From a phage: 64,000 nucleotides of DNA. The number at the start of each line of letters is the position of its first letter. Position 1 is the first letter of the stretch. The DNA lies in assembly GCA_032430995.1 (NCBI GenBank), contig GCA_032430995.1_3952.1. One strand, written 5' to 3'. The notes under the pieces are model-generated. The model saw only the letters and a program-made list of their open reading frames with translations, had not been told where the DNA came from and did no database searches. Both the position numbers and the translations under genes were made by a program. This document shows positions 32,144 through 42,619 of this stretch, piece after piece.

Positions 32144-32689
32144 TCAAAAGTGTCCTTTTACTTGTGGAACATAAATTTCAAAAGTTGCTTTACCATCCTC
32201 TGATGGTTTTGACTGTACCTTTGTAAACACACGGTTATCATACAGCTTCTCAAAGAAGTTTTCAAAAGGTAAATGCACAGTGGCCTCTTCAGTAACTTTA
32301 TGGAAAACAGTATGGAACACCACACTAGCATACGGTAAAGCATTGACAAGGATACCTGCACCACCAATTACAAAGACATCTTCATCAATAGAGCTATCAA
32401 GATACTTCAAAAATGCTCCAAATGACTCTTTACTGGCTTTAGCATACATTACATCATCTTTGCCAAAGTCTATACCTAAGTATGGTACAGAATTTGTTAA
32501 GATGAGGTTTGCACGTTCTGGTAAAGGTTTACTACCCAGAGTCTTAAAAGTCTCATTACCCATGACTACTAAGTTATTTTTAGTGAGTCTCTTAAACTCT
32601 TGCATGTCCTGTTTATGTCGAGGCCACGGCATACCAGTCGGTGTACCAAATTCACCGTTTTCACCACTTGCAAATATTAGCTTAATCAT
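32144..32689 (-). CDS. folA: dihydrofolate reductase
   Basis: 181 aa; DHFR hallmarks (IFASGENGEFG; PWPRHKQDMQEFKRLT; VVMGNETF); coupled to thyA. Confidence 0.85.
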   Translation of the reverse strand: MIKLIFASGENGEFGTPTGMPWPRHKQDMQEFKRLTKNNLVVMGNETFKTLGSKPLPERANLILTNSVPYLGIDFGKDDVMYAKASKESFGAFLKYLDSSIDEDVFVIGGAGILVNALPYASVVFHTVFHKVTEEATVHLPFENFFEKLYDNRVFTKVQSKPSEDGKATFEIYVPQVKGHF

Positions 32690-32946
32690 TTTGTAAACCC
32701 TTTCTTAATGAACCAGTTGATAACATTCTTCACAGCTTTATTGCTATGGTAGATTAAGTGTGGTGTAGGTTGGTATGAACCATAAGCCCAGAAAGCAATG
32801 ATTTCATTACACTCTGTACACCTTGTACTCTCTTCAGCGATATGACCGTTGACTATTTCACTTACCTCGCCTTGCAAGTCTGTACACCCACAATGTGGAC
32901 ATCGGATAGGTGTTCCGTCAGGCTCATAGCAGTGTTCAATTTTCAT
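32686..32946 (-). CDS. zinc-ribbon protein (4 Cys)
   Basis: 86 aa with CPHC...C...CTEC arrangement. Confidence 0.45.
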   Translation of the reverse strand: MKIEHCYEPDGTPIRCPHCGCTDLQGEVSEIVNGHIAEESTRCTECNEIIAFWAYGSYQPTPHLIYHSNKAVKNVINWFIKKGFTK

Positions 32947-33462
32947 TTATTTAACCTCAAAAACTGGTTCAAGAACCAATATAAAGTCTACACAGTCATC
33001 TTCTTCATCCAGAATACCATCAAAGTTCTTAGGAACGAAGTCGAAGAGGCTCATCACAAAACAGTCAGAAGTAACCCTGATAGTTCCTCCAATGTTCTCT
33101 ACAGTCAACACTGTACGACTTTCTTTTACCTCCCTCAGAAGATTACTCACAAAGTCATCTAAGAAGTACTTCATCAGTGACTTAAAACCTTTAGGATAAT
33201 CTGTACCAGAGTATGTTTCAATCTGAGGTACAAGCTTAACATTTATACTAGTCTTTGTTAAGAACGTGCTAGAGAACATACTATCAGGTAGCTTACAAAC
33301 AGTCTTTCCAGTACCTTCATGTTCAATCTCAACAAAACCAGCTTCATCGCCACATGTAACTATTTTAAAAGATGCTTCATTATCACCCTGTGAAGCCATA
33401 AACTTTTTAAGCATCACTTTAAGGAAATCTGCATGAGCATCTTGTAAGTATATATCAATCAT
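32947..33462 (-). CDS. hypothetical protein
   Basis: 171 aa ORF in minus-strand early block. Confidence 0.5.
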   Translation of the reverse strand: MIDIYLQDAHADFLKVMLKKFMASQGDNEASFKIVTCGDEAGFVEIEHEGTGKTVCKLPDSMFSSTFLTKTSINVKLVPQIETYSGTDYPKGFKSLMKYFLDDFVSNLLREVKESRTVLTVENIGGTIRVTSDCFVMSLFDFVPKNFDGILDEEDDCVDFILVLEPVFEVK

Positions 33463-33475
33463 AATTCATTACCTA

Positions 33476-33835
33476 TTATGGGAACAGACATTTGATGTCA
33501 TCGTTTTTGAAAACGAAGCTTGTGTAGTTGTGACCGTCAACATCCAGCCAAACAGCCTGAACATCTACACCATCAAGATTGTGGTAAAGCTCTTTGATGA
33601 AGTGGTCTTTCACAATCTGGCTGCTAGTTGTCTCCAGCTTAATGTTAGAGATTGCCGAACCTACAGCCATATAACCCATGACACGTTTCTTCTCAGTATG
33701 CTTAATCTTACCATCTTTGTAAGCCATAATGAGATTGGAGAGAATCTTCACACCATAATACTTTTCAAGGTGAGTAGGTGCACCATAAAAGCCTAATGCA
33801 AAGTTTTCAGAGTGGATAATGTTTTCACGTTTCAT
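33476..33835 (-). CDS. hypothetical protein
   Basis: 119 aa ORF. Confidence 0.5.
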   Translation of the reverse strand: MKRENIIHSENFALGFYGAPTHLEKYYGVKILSNLIMAYKDGKIKHTEKKRVMGYMAVGSAISNIKLETTSSQIVKDHFIKELYHNLDGVDVQAVWLDVDGHNYTSFVFKNDDIKCLFP

Positions 33836-33836
33836 A

Positions 33837-34166
33837 TTAATCTGCCAGCCTTAAATTAAAATTAACACCAAATTTTTCGCATACTTCCAACATATACTCA
33901 AGCGAGACATTTCCAGTGAGGTGGATTATGTTGGATACACGAGCCTGAGAGATACCACAAATTTTAGCAACTTGCTCTTGAGAAAGACCTCTGGATTTAA
34001 TCTCTCTCTTAAAACGATGTGCAACGAAATCTCTCATTTCGTCTACATCCATTGGACAAATATAACTCTCCATTTCAGCCTCTCTGTCAGCCTCCCAATC
34101 ATCTTGTGGAGCATAAGGGTCAAAAACCTCATTCATCTTTCTTCTTCCGTTTGCGTGAAGTGTCAA
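33837..34166 (-). CDS. helix-turn-helix DNA-binding protein (XRE-like, putative)
   Basis: 109 aa; C-terminal segment LSQEQVAKICGISQARVSNI resembles HTH. Confidence 0.5.
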   Translation of the reverse strand: MTLHANGRRKMNEVFDPYAPQDDWEADREAEMESYICPMDVDEMRDFVAHRFKREIKSRGLSQEQVAKICGISQARVSNIIHLTGNVSLEYMLEVCEKFGVNFNLRLAD

Positions 34167-34341
34167 TCAATGAATCTATGTTTGTAGCCCTAACCTTTTC
34201 ACGTTCATCGTTAAGATAATCGTCAAGAATCTTTTCAATCTGTGAATCATCTTGACAGATAACTGTAAAGACTGTAAAGCCGTCTGTATCATCAATTATC
34301 TTACCATAACCGCTTCTGGGATGTAACTTTTTAAGAGCCAT
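34129..34341 (-). CDS. hypothetical small protein
   Basis: 70 aa ORF overlapping neighbours. Confidence 0.35.
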   Translation of the reverse strand: MALKKLHPRSGYGKIIDDTDGFTVFTVICQDDSQIEKILDDYLNDEREKVRATNIDSLIDTSRKRKKKDE

Positions 34342-34342
34342 A

Positions 34343-34726
34343 TCAAATACCTGTGCAGCTTCTGTTTTCTAAGAAATACTCAACACCATACATAGCTTTT
34401 TGCATCAAATCTTCTTTAAACTGAATACGATGATTGAGCATAGCCTGTACATCAATATCATCAGGGTGCTTCTCTTTAATGTTTGCAGATTGCAGGAAAT
34501 ACTCTGCAAGAACGCGATATTGATAGCCAGTCACCTTATCAGTCATCTCTGTTAAAGACTCTTCAGAGATTGGTTTAAGTAGTTCGCCATTAGCTAGAGC
34601 AACACCTTTAACAATCTGACAAGTGTCTTCTGGAACACCTGATAAGTCCACATTTGGAAGTTCTGTTGCATTGACTGGTAAATTCATTGCCATAACCATT
34701 GCAGCAGCTAATAAAATCTTTTTCAT
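34343..34726 (-). CDS. secreted/periplasmic protein with signal peptide
   Basis: 127 aa; N-terminus MKKILLAAAMVMAMNLPVNATE is a classical Sec signal peptide. Confidence 0.55.
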   Translation of the reverse strand: MKKILLAAAMVMAMNLPVNATELPNVDLSGVPEDTCQIVKGVALANGELLKPISEESLTEMTDKVTGYQYRVLAEYFLQSANIKEKHPDDIDVQAMLNHRIQFKEDLMQKAMYGVEYFLENRSCTGI

Positions 34727-34817
34727 AATGACCTCAAAGTTATATTAAATTTTGTATTACATTGAGTATAAAAATAAGCTATAACACCTGACTTGTCAAC
34801 AGATTTTATAGCTTATT

Positions 34818-35092
34818 TGGCAGATTTTTTATAAGGCTACTGCCATCCTTCCATACCTCACCACACAAGACCAGACCATGCCGTACTCCACATCACCGTA
34901 CATCACTTAAAAACCCTTTTCAAAGACTCTTAAGTGATGTAATCGAATTTTTATGTAGCTCCGATTAACTACCCATACCATACAAAGCCATACCCAACCA
35001 AACATTACCGCACCATACAGAACCGTACCTAACCTGACATAGCCGCACCTTACCTTGTTAAAAGACCCTCTTAAAAGACCTTTTAAAAAGGA
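34818..35092. repeat. G-poor composite repeat region, copy 1 (shares modules with 36226-36495)
   Basis: shared blocks: GGCAGATTTTT..GGCTACTGCCATCC..CCATACC; hairpin CATCACTTAAAAACCC...TTAAGTGATG; TGTAGCT..ACTACCCATACC; TTAAAAGACCCTCTTAAAAGACCTTTTAAAAAGG. Confidence 0.75.
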
Positions 35093-35118
35093 GCCTCCGA
35101 AGAGGCTGCCTAGTCAAC

Positions 35119-35559
35119 TTAGAAAGGTTTTCTGCGTTGCTTGTTAATGTTAGCTTTCATAGCAGCTAAGTGGTTTTGCTGTTCAATTAGTCGTGAACGT
35201 TCTTGGTGGCTAAGTGCCATAGTGTTCACATTCTCAATCGCTTGAGTAGCTTGCTTTAAAGCACGACCAATTTTACCAGACATTTTGCGTTTTGCAATAG
35301 TTGCTTGATGCTTAGGTTCAACCACACGATAACCAACACCCATTGAAGCAACCAGATAAATCTTCTCTTCTTTAAGAAGCTTCTCAATAAACTTCTCAAG
35401 TCGGTTTAGGCGTGTAAGTGCATAAGCCTTCATTTCATCTTCGTACTTAACAATGTCACCTTGATAAGTTGGCTTCACAATACCTAAGAAGGTATCCATC
35501 TCAGAATGTGATACAGTGTCACCGTAACTAAACTTTGCTGCTAATGCTTTTGTATTCAT
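35119..35559 (-). CDS. hypothetical basic protein (cassette gene 2)
   Basis: 146 aa, Lys/Arg-rich C-terminus. Confidence 0.5.
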   Translation of the reverse strand: MNTKALAAKFSYGDTVSHSEMDTFLGIVKPTYQGDIVKYEDEMKAYALTRLNRLEKFIEKLLKEEKIYLVASMGVGYRVVEPKHQATIAKRKMSGKIGRALKQATQAIENVNTMALSHQERSRLIEQQNHLAAMKANINKQRRKPF

Positions 35560-35561
35560 AA

Positions 35562-36167
<606 letters not shown>

Positions 36168-36225
36168 TTAGTTGATTGTTAAGTTGTTTGTAAAGAACCC
36201 TCAACAGAGGACTCTTTAGAAACTT

Positions 36226-36495
36226 GGTAGATTTTTAACGTGGCTACTACCATCCACCCATACCGCGACACACCGAACCAGACCTTACACCACCTTACAC
36301 CACCCCACCTCATTAAAAGACCCTCTTAAAAGGCCTTTTAAAAAGGTAAGTCTCATTTTAATGTAGCTGAGACTAACTACCCATACCTCACATCACCGCA
36401 CCATACTACACCTGACACCACCTTACACCACCGCACCATACCTGACCGAGCTACACATCACTTAAAAACCCTCTTAGAAAGACTCTTAAGTGATG
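36226..36495. repeat. G-poor composite repeat region, copy 2
   Basis: same modules as copy 1 but in permuted order; plus strand nearly devoid of G over about 250 bp. Confidence 0.75.
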
Positions 36496-36710
36496 CTGGT
36501 GAGTACCTGTTGGTTTATGCTGCTCAGTATACTCACCAAATTTTCTATGTCAACAGCTTTTTATATAAAAGTCCTGATAGCTATATGTGTCACGAAACAA
36601 AAGATTGTAAACAAGACACCCATTGCAAAAGATGTGTCCAAAAGCTTACTTGCAACGTATGACAATACAAAGACAACCAGTATAAACAGAATGACTGTAC
36701 TGAACATAGT

Positions 36711-37850
36711 TTATTCATAATCCCTAATAACTAGCCCGACAGGAAACTGTAAAGAACCCTTACGAGTCATCTTCTGGAACTGAACCGTTAAAGGCTTCCC
36801 AATAAACTCTTCAGGATGCTCAGCAAGATACTGTTTCTTCTCATGAGTAGTCTTCCATGAGACATCTACAAAGACGTTAGGAAGAGTCTCTACAACGAAC
36901 TTGCCATGACCACGCTTATCAGTCTTTACACCAGTCACTTTAAACTCTTCAGTGTGCATCTTCTTGTGCTTAATCAAGAAGTATGAACGGTGACAGCACT
37001 CATAGAAGGAGTCTTCAGAGATTGAACGGTACATTGCACCTTCAAACTTAGCTTCAACCCACTTATCATGAGCTTCATCAAACTCTTCCCAAGAATTTAC
37101 ACGACGAGACTTAACAGGAACAACTTTACAGCCGTCTCTAAAGTCATTCAATGGTGAAGTCTCAATAATATCTCTACGCTCAGGCCACGTCTTAGTACTG
37201 TCACAGATATCATACCAGTAAAACTTAAGTAGATGACGGTCAGGATTGTCTTCATTTTTAATCATAGAGACAATATCTTCTAAGTCCCACCCATGAGCAT
37301 AAATCTCACCATCAAATTCATCAACATCTTTGTGGAGCCTTAACATTGCCATAATGTCAGGTATTAGCTCAGTGGGGATTTTATAAACAGTATTCTCACG
37401 AGAGTATGCTGTAAATACACTACCAATGCTTAAGTGTCTTGAAATTCTACAACGGACACCATCAAGTTTTGGTTGAGCGTCAGCAGGGAACTTCAGATAC
37501 TTTGCATGACTAACCTTTGCAGCATCATGAGCAAGCTGTACACCTACCTTCTCAGTATTCTGTGCAGACTCTTTTGTGTAAGCATAACCTTTGCGGTCAA
37601 CTTGTTTTTTATACTTAGCAGCAACTTCAAAGAGAGCTTGTTGTTCAGCGTTACGCTCATTCTTTTTACCGATGTTTTTAGGTTCTGCTGTATACTCTTC
37701 AAACATCATCTTGCCATTTTCTTTGCCATACGTGGTAACAACTTTGTCACCTACAGCGACACATGACCAGACGTTAAAAGAGCCATCTTTATTTTGTTTG
37801 TATAGAATTGTCATTTTATTCCTCTGAGTGATACAAAGTATTGCAAGCAT
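36711..37850 (-). CDS. ATP-dependent DNA ligase (putative)
   Basis: 379 aa; nucleotidyltransferase motif I KLDGVR (KxDGxR). Confidence 0.6.
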   Translation of the reverse strand: MLAILCITQRNKMTILYKQNKDGSFNVWSCVAVGDKVVTTYGKENGKMMFEEYTAEPKNIGKKNERNAEQQALFEVAAKYKKQVDRKGYAYTKESAQNTEKVGVQLAHDAAKVSHAKYLKFPADAQPKLDGVRCRISRHLSIGSVFTAYSRENTVYKIPTELIPDIMAMLRLHKDVDEFDGEIYAHGWDLEDIVSMIKNEDNPDRHLLKFYWYDICDSTKTWPERRDIIETSPLNDFRDGCKVVPVKSRRVNSWEEFDEAHDKWVEAKFEGAMYRSISEDSFYECCHRSYFLIKHKKMHTEEFKVTGVKTDKRGHGKFVVETLPNVFVDVSWKTTHEKKQYLAEHPEEFIGKPLTVQFQKMTRKGSLQFPVGLVIRDYE

Positions 37851-38007
37851 TACATGCGTAAAGCTCTAAGTCATTTTTATCTGGTTTATGAAAACAGTTT
37901 GCTCCGCAGTGGCAACGAAATGGCTTTCCACCAACTGTAAGGATGAAGGATTGAACCTTTCCATCAGGAGTTCGTACAGCATTTTTATGTTTATCTTCTT
38001 TGTTCAT
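37816..38007 (-). CDS. small zinc-ribbon protein
   Basis: 63 aa; CHC...C...C..C pattern; paralog of 38377-38547. Confidence 0.45.
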   Translation of the reverse strand: MNKEDKHKNAVRTPDGKVQSFILTVGGKPFRCHCGANCFHKPDKNDLELYACNACNTLYHSEE

Positions 38008-38068
38008 TTTATCTCTTGCCTCACAAGCTATGCAACCTTTTGAGTAGAAGTAGTGCCAAGCACAACCA

Positions 38069-38335
38069 TCAAAGCTCTCTTTCGTGATTAATTGAATTTA
38101 CTAATTCCATGTGTTTTTCGTAGAAACATAAACATTTTTTATCTTGCTCATTTATGTAGCTCTCATAAAATTCTGGTGATTCTGGTCTTTCACCAAATGA
38201 AATAACCTTTAGGTAGTACTTCCCATATGTAGAGCTATCTAACCAAGAGTCAAATAGTAATTTCTTAGTATTAGTCTTTGGAGGGATTACCAGACTTTTC
38301 TCATACAATCCCTTCATTTCTTGAGTTATCTTCAT
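38069..38335 (-). CDS. hypothetical protein
   Basis: 88 aa; AAGGAT RBS within tandem-repeat leader. Confidence 0.45.
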   Translation of the reverse strand: MKITQEMKGLYEKSLVIPPKTNTKKLLFDSWLDSSTYGKYYLKVISFGERPESPEFYESYINEQDKKCLCFYEKHMELVNSINHEREL

Positions 38336-38349
38336 TGCATATCCTTAAT

Positions 38350-38382
38350 CTTACCTAAGAACCTTACCTAAGAACCTTACCC
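38350..38382. repeat. 13 bp tandem repeat (CTTACCTAAGAAC x2.5)
   Basis: direct tandem copies in the leader of gene 38069-38335 (minus). Confidence 0.7.
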
Positions 38383-38547
38383 ACAGTTATTACACTCGTA
38401 TATGTCTAACTTTGTGTTATCAGGTTTGTGAAAACAGTTTGACCCACAACGACACCGGAATAGCTTACCATCAACACGAAGAATGAATGTTTCAAGCTCA
38501 CCATCTTCTGTAAGAACTGCGTTCTTAAATTTATCTTCTACAGTCAT
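38377..38547 (-). CDS. small zinc-ribbon protein (paralog of 37816-38007; below ORF-track length cutoff)
   Basis: own translation of minus strand: MTVEDKFKNAVLTEDGELETFILRVDGKLFRCRCGSNCFHKPDNTKLDIYECNNCG; start overlaps upstream stop (ATGA). Confidence 0.4.
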   Translation of the reverse strand: MTVEDKFKNAVLTEDGELETFILRVDGKLFRCRCGSNCFHKPDNTKLDIYECNNCG

Positions 38548-38750
38548 TTTCTCTTACCACCAATCTCTACGTCAATAACTTGAACATCACCAGCAACATC
38601 AAACTTATGAATGATGCTTTCCACAGTGTAAGTCCAACCATCGATTCTAACCAACTCACCCTCTCGTGGGACGATTGGGTTACGTTGAGCTACCGTTGTA
38701 GTGGAGTGAACAACATCATAACAGTAGATATAGTTTATTAAGACCTGCAT
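38544..38750 (-). CDS. hypothetical protein (start placed at internal Met)
   Basis: track ORF 38544-38849 overlaps upstream ORF; internal ATG at 38750 removes the overlap. Confidence 0.3.
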   Translation of the reverse strand: MQVLINYIYCYDVVHSTTTVAQRNPIVPREGELVRIDGWTYTVESIIHKFDVAGDVQVIDVEIGGKRK

Positions 38751-38760
38751 CGTAAAAACC

Positions 38761-38994
38761 TCACTCAATAACCGTAGTGTGTGATTGGCTATTTTTACCA
38801 TATCTATAAGATGTTGTTGTTTGAGAGTTTGGACATCTGACAACAACAATATCTGTGCTTATTGCATCCCCATTTAACTTATAGACTTTGCAATCTTGCA
38901 TCTCTGGTGGGAGGCTATAAGAAGCGTTTTTGTCCTCGTAAGATGGGTTACAGCCAGACAGAAAGATAACACCAACACAATTACTGCTTTCCAC
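38761..38994 (-). CDS. small Cys-rich protein with possible lipobox (lipoprotein candidate)
   Basis: 77 aa; N-terminal VGVIFLSGC resembles a lipobox but n-region lacks basic residues. Confidence 0.3.
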   Translation of the reverse strand: MESSNCVGVIFLSGCNPSYEDKNASYSLPPEMQDCKVYKLNGDAISTDIVVVRCPNSQTTTSYRYGKNSQSHTTVIE

Positions 38995-39183
38995 ATAATA
39001 CTTCTCCTATTACTGTTCACGATGTTCTACCTCTCTGTACGTTCGTCGATAGTTTATAATAAGCTGTGCTAATTCATTGCTTTTAACATCTGAACGTAGC
39101 AGTTGCCAATCAAAACCTTTACCGACTCTTCCATATAAACTAAATAATTTTACTTTGCGTTTCATTTTGATGTCCCCCAATAC

Positions 39184-39411
39184 TCAGAGGTCAATACTAA
39201 TACGTTCACCCTTAAGGACTCCTGTACGGTCCCTTGCAATCTTACCGTCAACAATAAGGATATGTGCAGACCTTAAAGATTCACTATTAAAACCTTTTAC
39301 GAACTTACTAGGCATAACCACAATAAGCATCTCCTGAATCAACTCTGGAGTATAGCAGTTGTCGTGAAGTTGCTGAATAACGTCTGCAAGTGTCATTTTT
39401 GATGTCTCCAA
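39184..39411 (-). CDS. hypothetical protein
   Basis: 75 aa ORF. Confidence 0.4.
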   Translation of the reverse strand: METSKMTLADVIQQLHDNCYTPELIQEMLIVVMPSKFVKGFNSESLRSAHILIVDGKIARDRTGVLKGERISIDL

Positions 39412-39602
39412 TACTCAATGTCAATAAGTTCTTGTGCAATGCTTTTCAGATTACCTTTCAAGAAAACCTTCTCAGAACCTGAAAGAGATGAATTGTCAAT
39501 CAACCTGTTCATTCTCTCAAACAACTTCTGCTTACGATTCTTGATAGTTTCCTTTGAAGCACCTTTCATCATCGCTGCATGGGTTCTTCCACGGTGGCTC
39601 AT
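39393..39602 (-). CDS. hypothetical basic protein
   Basis: 69 aa ORF. Confidence 0.4.
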   Translation of the reverse strand: MSHRGRTHAAMMKGASKETIKNRKQKLFERMNRLIDNSSLSGSEKVFLKGNLKSIAQELIDIEYWRHQK

Positions 39603-39663
39603 AAGCCCTCCTATATAAGATATTGTATAAGGTACTCTTCCATGAGCACCTTGTCAATACTAA

Positions 39664-42363
39664 TTAGTGTACTTCAAGCCAGCTTTTACCAACCTTACCA
39701 GTACCTGTTACAAGTGTTTCTTTCTTTAGACCTAAGTTCTTAGAAGCTTGTCCATAATACCAGTCGGTAACTGCTTTCACTTCTGCCGTCATACTTTCTG
39801 GACATTCCCAACTTGTTTCATCGTGATATGCACAGAGTAAACGAGCACCAATAGCTGGTTGACGACCATTTAACTTCATCAAACCTTCGTCAATCATACG
39901 ACGACAAGCAAGGTTAATTGCCTCATTTTGAATCTGAGCCTCTGAACCCATCAAAAGATAGTTCAACAGTTTGTGTGGAGATTTACACCACAACCAAGCT
40001 CCAGCAACCTTTACAAATCCCCCTTTAGAGATTGCAGCGGTCTTACCAAACACCTCTTCAAGTGCCTTTTTAGTTGCTTTGTAGTCAGCTTCCAAGTCAT
40101 CCAGCAGCTTCTTAATCTTAGGTAAACGAATAAAGTAAGTCTGTTTAGTCAGTGCACCTTCCTGAGTAGTTGCAGCTTTAATCGTCTTAGCAAACTTCTC
40201 ATCACCTGCACCGAACAGCAGTGCATAGATACCATTCTTAGCTTTCTTACGACCCTTGCTAATCTCATGGAGAAGGTTCTCATCCTGAGTAGCTCGACAA
40301 GTCAAGATATCCTGCTCATCATTCAAGCTAAAGTAAATGCTGTTCAGTGTGTGTGCATCAGTCCCTGAATAGACAACGTACAGGTCATTCTCAGAGTCAT
40401 AGCGGAGGTACTTATCAATCTCTGGGTTGAGGTACTCATCAAAGTGTTTGCAGTAATAGCGTCCATCTTCTTGACGAATAAACTCAATCTCTTCTTTACC
40501 TTGCGTTACCGCTTTGGTGAAGTCTTTGTCACCCATAAAGTTACAAAGAAGAACTAGCTGGGCTGAGTTCATATCTACAGAGACGACGTTAGTACCTTCT
40601 TCACAAATCCACACTGCCCTCATTGGTTCCCCATAGACAGCAGCACCAGACGGTACGTTTACAATACCATATTGTGTCATACGTCCAGTTGAAGTACCAA
40701 ATACCATTGCACCAGCACTAAGGCGACCATCTGGACGAATCTGGTTTAGCCAACCTTTTTCATCATCCTTTGAGTTCTCAATGGTTCTGCGTCGGTGCAT
40801 CAAAGTATAGTATTTAGCAATCTTCTGTCCAAGCTCACCTTCAATCGTATCATAAGAAGATTCAGTAAGTTTTGGTGAAGTACGGATTAAGCAAGGTTCA
40901 AGCAAATCCGTGTACTTCTTCACAGACCAGTTATGTTCGATGTACTGGACACCTTCGTGTTCAACATAACTCAACCCACACCGTTCAACCATCTCCTGCC
41001 ACTTAGGATGCTTTGTAATCATCTTTTTGTTGTCTTTGAAACGACAAACTTTGACAGGGCGACCGTCTGAATCTTTCTTGTAGTTCCAGTCATCTGGAAT
41101 CCAACCAACTGATTTCAAGTAGTCTTTAACAACTGCTACCTGAGTCATACGAGAAACTTCAAACTCAATTGGTGTATATGGTGCATCAATCAATCCTGTG
41201 TAGCGACTTGACTCAAGCTCAAAGTGGTTAACAACATGACTGTTATAGTACTTCACAGTTTTAACTGTTTTTACTGGCTTCCAGTCTTTGCATTTCTTAC
41301 CAATCTTTGCATTCAACTCATTGCAAATTGCACGAGCATCCTTCATTGCTACAAAACCTTCCTTGTACTCTTCACCAGTTACAGAGTTGGTTGGTGTATA
41401 GCAATTTCTCTTTTCAATGTTAAAAATCTTTGTAGTTGGCTTACCAAATGGCTTGATTTCATATGTCTGCATCTCACCGTTACGTACCTGCTGACGATAC
41501 TTTGTCTTAGGGTACTTGGTAATTCTCTTCAGTCCATCTGCGTGACCAAATGCTTCAACATACTCATTCCAAGCTTTTGCAAACTCTTCTCCAGTGACTT
41601 TACCTTTGGTCTTAATAGTTGGAGGAAGATGTGGTTCAACTTCCGAAGCAAGCTCATTAGTCAACTTGTCAAGTTCCTTTACATGGAACTCCATAAGCTC
41701 TTTATCAGCTTTCCAACCATTGATAGCTTGTTGACTCATCCAGAAAGATGTTTCTTTAGCTCGCATGTAGGTTTCATAAGTGTCTATGCCACACTTCTTA
41801 AGCTTGAGATATTCATTATCAAGTGCCCGTTTAGTTTTGGCGTTAATACGGATATCTTCTACAACACGAGTGAAGATTTCTGCATTCCACACACCCCAAT
41901 GTTCAATCTCTGGTTTACGAACACCAACACGAGCACCCCATGCAGCCAAACCATGAGCACCTTTATAACCCTTTGGAGTTGGTCTATCCATCCACTGAAC
42001 ACGAGACTGGATAAGAGAATCCTGAAAGAAATTACTCCACGGCTTACATTTTGGATTATCAAAGTTCCATAAATCCGGTGCAATGTGATTGAAGACCCAC
42101 CAGTCATAACCGAGGCCGTTATGGATACAAAGTCGTTTTGCCTTTAACGCAAACTCAACACCTTCACGTAAACCACCCTTAATGTACTTAGTGTACTTGT
42201 GACCGAGGATAGGCTCATCTGTAAAGACCCATACAGGTGGCTCTTCATCGTCAGATTTATAATCTGCGAAAGCCATTACGTGAACTTTAGTGAACTCAAG
42301 GAGTAAACCATCAGTTTCTGTATCACCAACTAAATGTAAGTTTTTAAAATCTACGTTTTCCAT
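39664..42363 (-). CDS. DNA polymerase, family A, with 3'-5' exonuclease domain
   Basis: Exo I motif DTETDGL; pol motif B-like K..NGIYALLFGAG and motif C-like YHDE; start set to ATG with GAGGGAG RBS (track start 42393). Confidence 0.8.
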   Translation of the reverse strand: MENVDFKNLHLVGDTETDGLLLEFTKVHVMAFADYKSDDEEPPVWVFTDEPILGHKYTKYIKGGLREGVEFALKAKRLCIHNGLGYDWWVFNHIAPDLWNFDNPKCKPWSNFFQDSLIQSRVQWMDRPTPKGYKGAHGLAAWGARVGVRKPEIEHWGVWNAEIFTRVVEDIRINAKTKRALDNEYLKLKKCGIDTYETYMRAKETSFWMSQQAINGWKADKELMEFHVKELDKLTNELASEVEPHLPPTIKTKGKVTGEEFAKAWNEYVEAFGHADGLKRITKYPKTKYRQQVRNGEMQTYEIKPFGKPTTKIFNIEKRNCYTPTNSVTGEEYKEGFVAMKDARAICNELNAKIGKKCKDWKPVKTVKTVKYYNSHVVNHFELESSRYTGLIDAPYTPIEFEVSRMTQVAVVKDYLKSVGWIPDDWNYKKDSDGRPVKVCRFKDNKKMITKHPKWQEMVERCGLSYVEHEGVQYIEHNWSVKKYTDLLEPCLIRTSPKLTESSYDTIEGELGQKIAKYYTLMHRRRTIENSKDDEKGWLNQIRPDGRLSAGAMVFGTSTGRMTQYGIVNVPSGAAVYGEPMRAVWICEEGTNVVSVDMNSAQLVLLCNFMGDKDFTKAVTQGKEEIEFIRQEDGRYYCKHFDEYLNPEIDKYLRYDSENDLYVVYSGTDAHTLNSIYFSLNDEQDILTCRATQDENLLHEISKGRKKAKNGIYALLFGAGDEKFAKTIKAATTQEGALTKQTYFIRLPKIKKLLDDLEADYKATKKALEEVFGKTAAISKGGFVKVAGAWLWCKSPHKLLNYLLMGSEAQIQNEAINLACRRMIDEGLMKLNGRQPAIGARLLCAYHDETSWECPESMTAEVKAVTDWYYGQASKNLGLKKETLVTGTGKVGKSWLEVH

Positions 42364-42423
42364 TTTTACTCCCTCTAAAATCATTAACCTCATACATTAC
42401 TGCAAAAAATTATAAAAAGCAAG

Positions 42424-42452
42424 TTGACAATGTACTTGACAAGGTGTTAATC
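42424..42452 (+). promoter_or_regulatory. sigma70-like promoter (TTGACA-N17-TTAATC) in divergent control region
   Basis: consensus -35; second TTGACA 12 bp downstream; AT-rich leader up to 42620. Confidence 0.4.
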
Positions 42453-42619
42453 TTTGCGAAGTGGGTTTTACTTAAAAGGTTACTTAACAGTTTAACTATA
42501 CAGATACTTTAAAACTCTTAAAAGATTATTTAATAGCTTTTAAAAAGCTTTAAAGTATAACGTATAGAATACGTTAAGATAAAAGATTAAAACTTAATAG
42601 TTACTTAAAAGAGGCTTAC

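Noticed and set aside
41224-42072. 282 aa ORF on the plus strand
   Set aside because: Antisense within the DNA polymerase gene, which carries clear family A and exonuclease motifs; the antisense frame is hydrophobic low-complexity.
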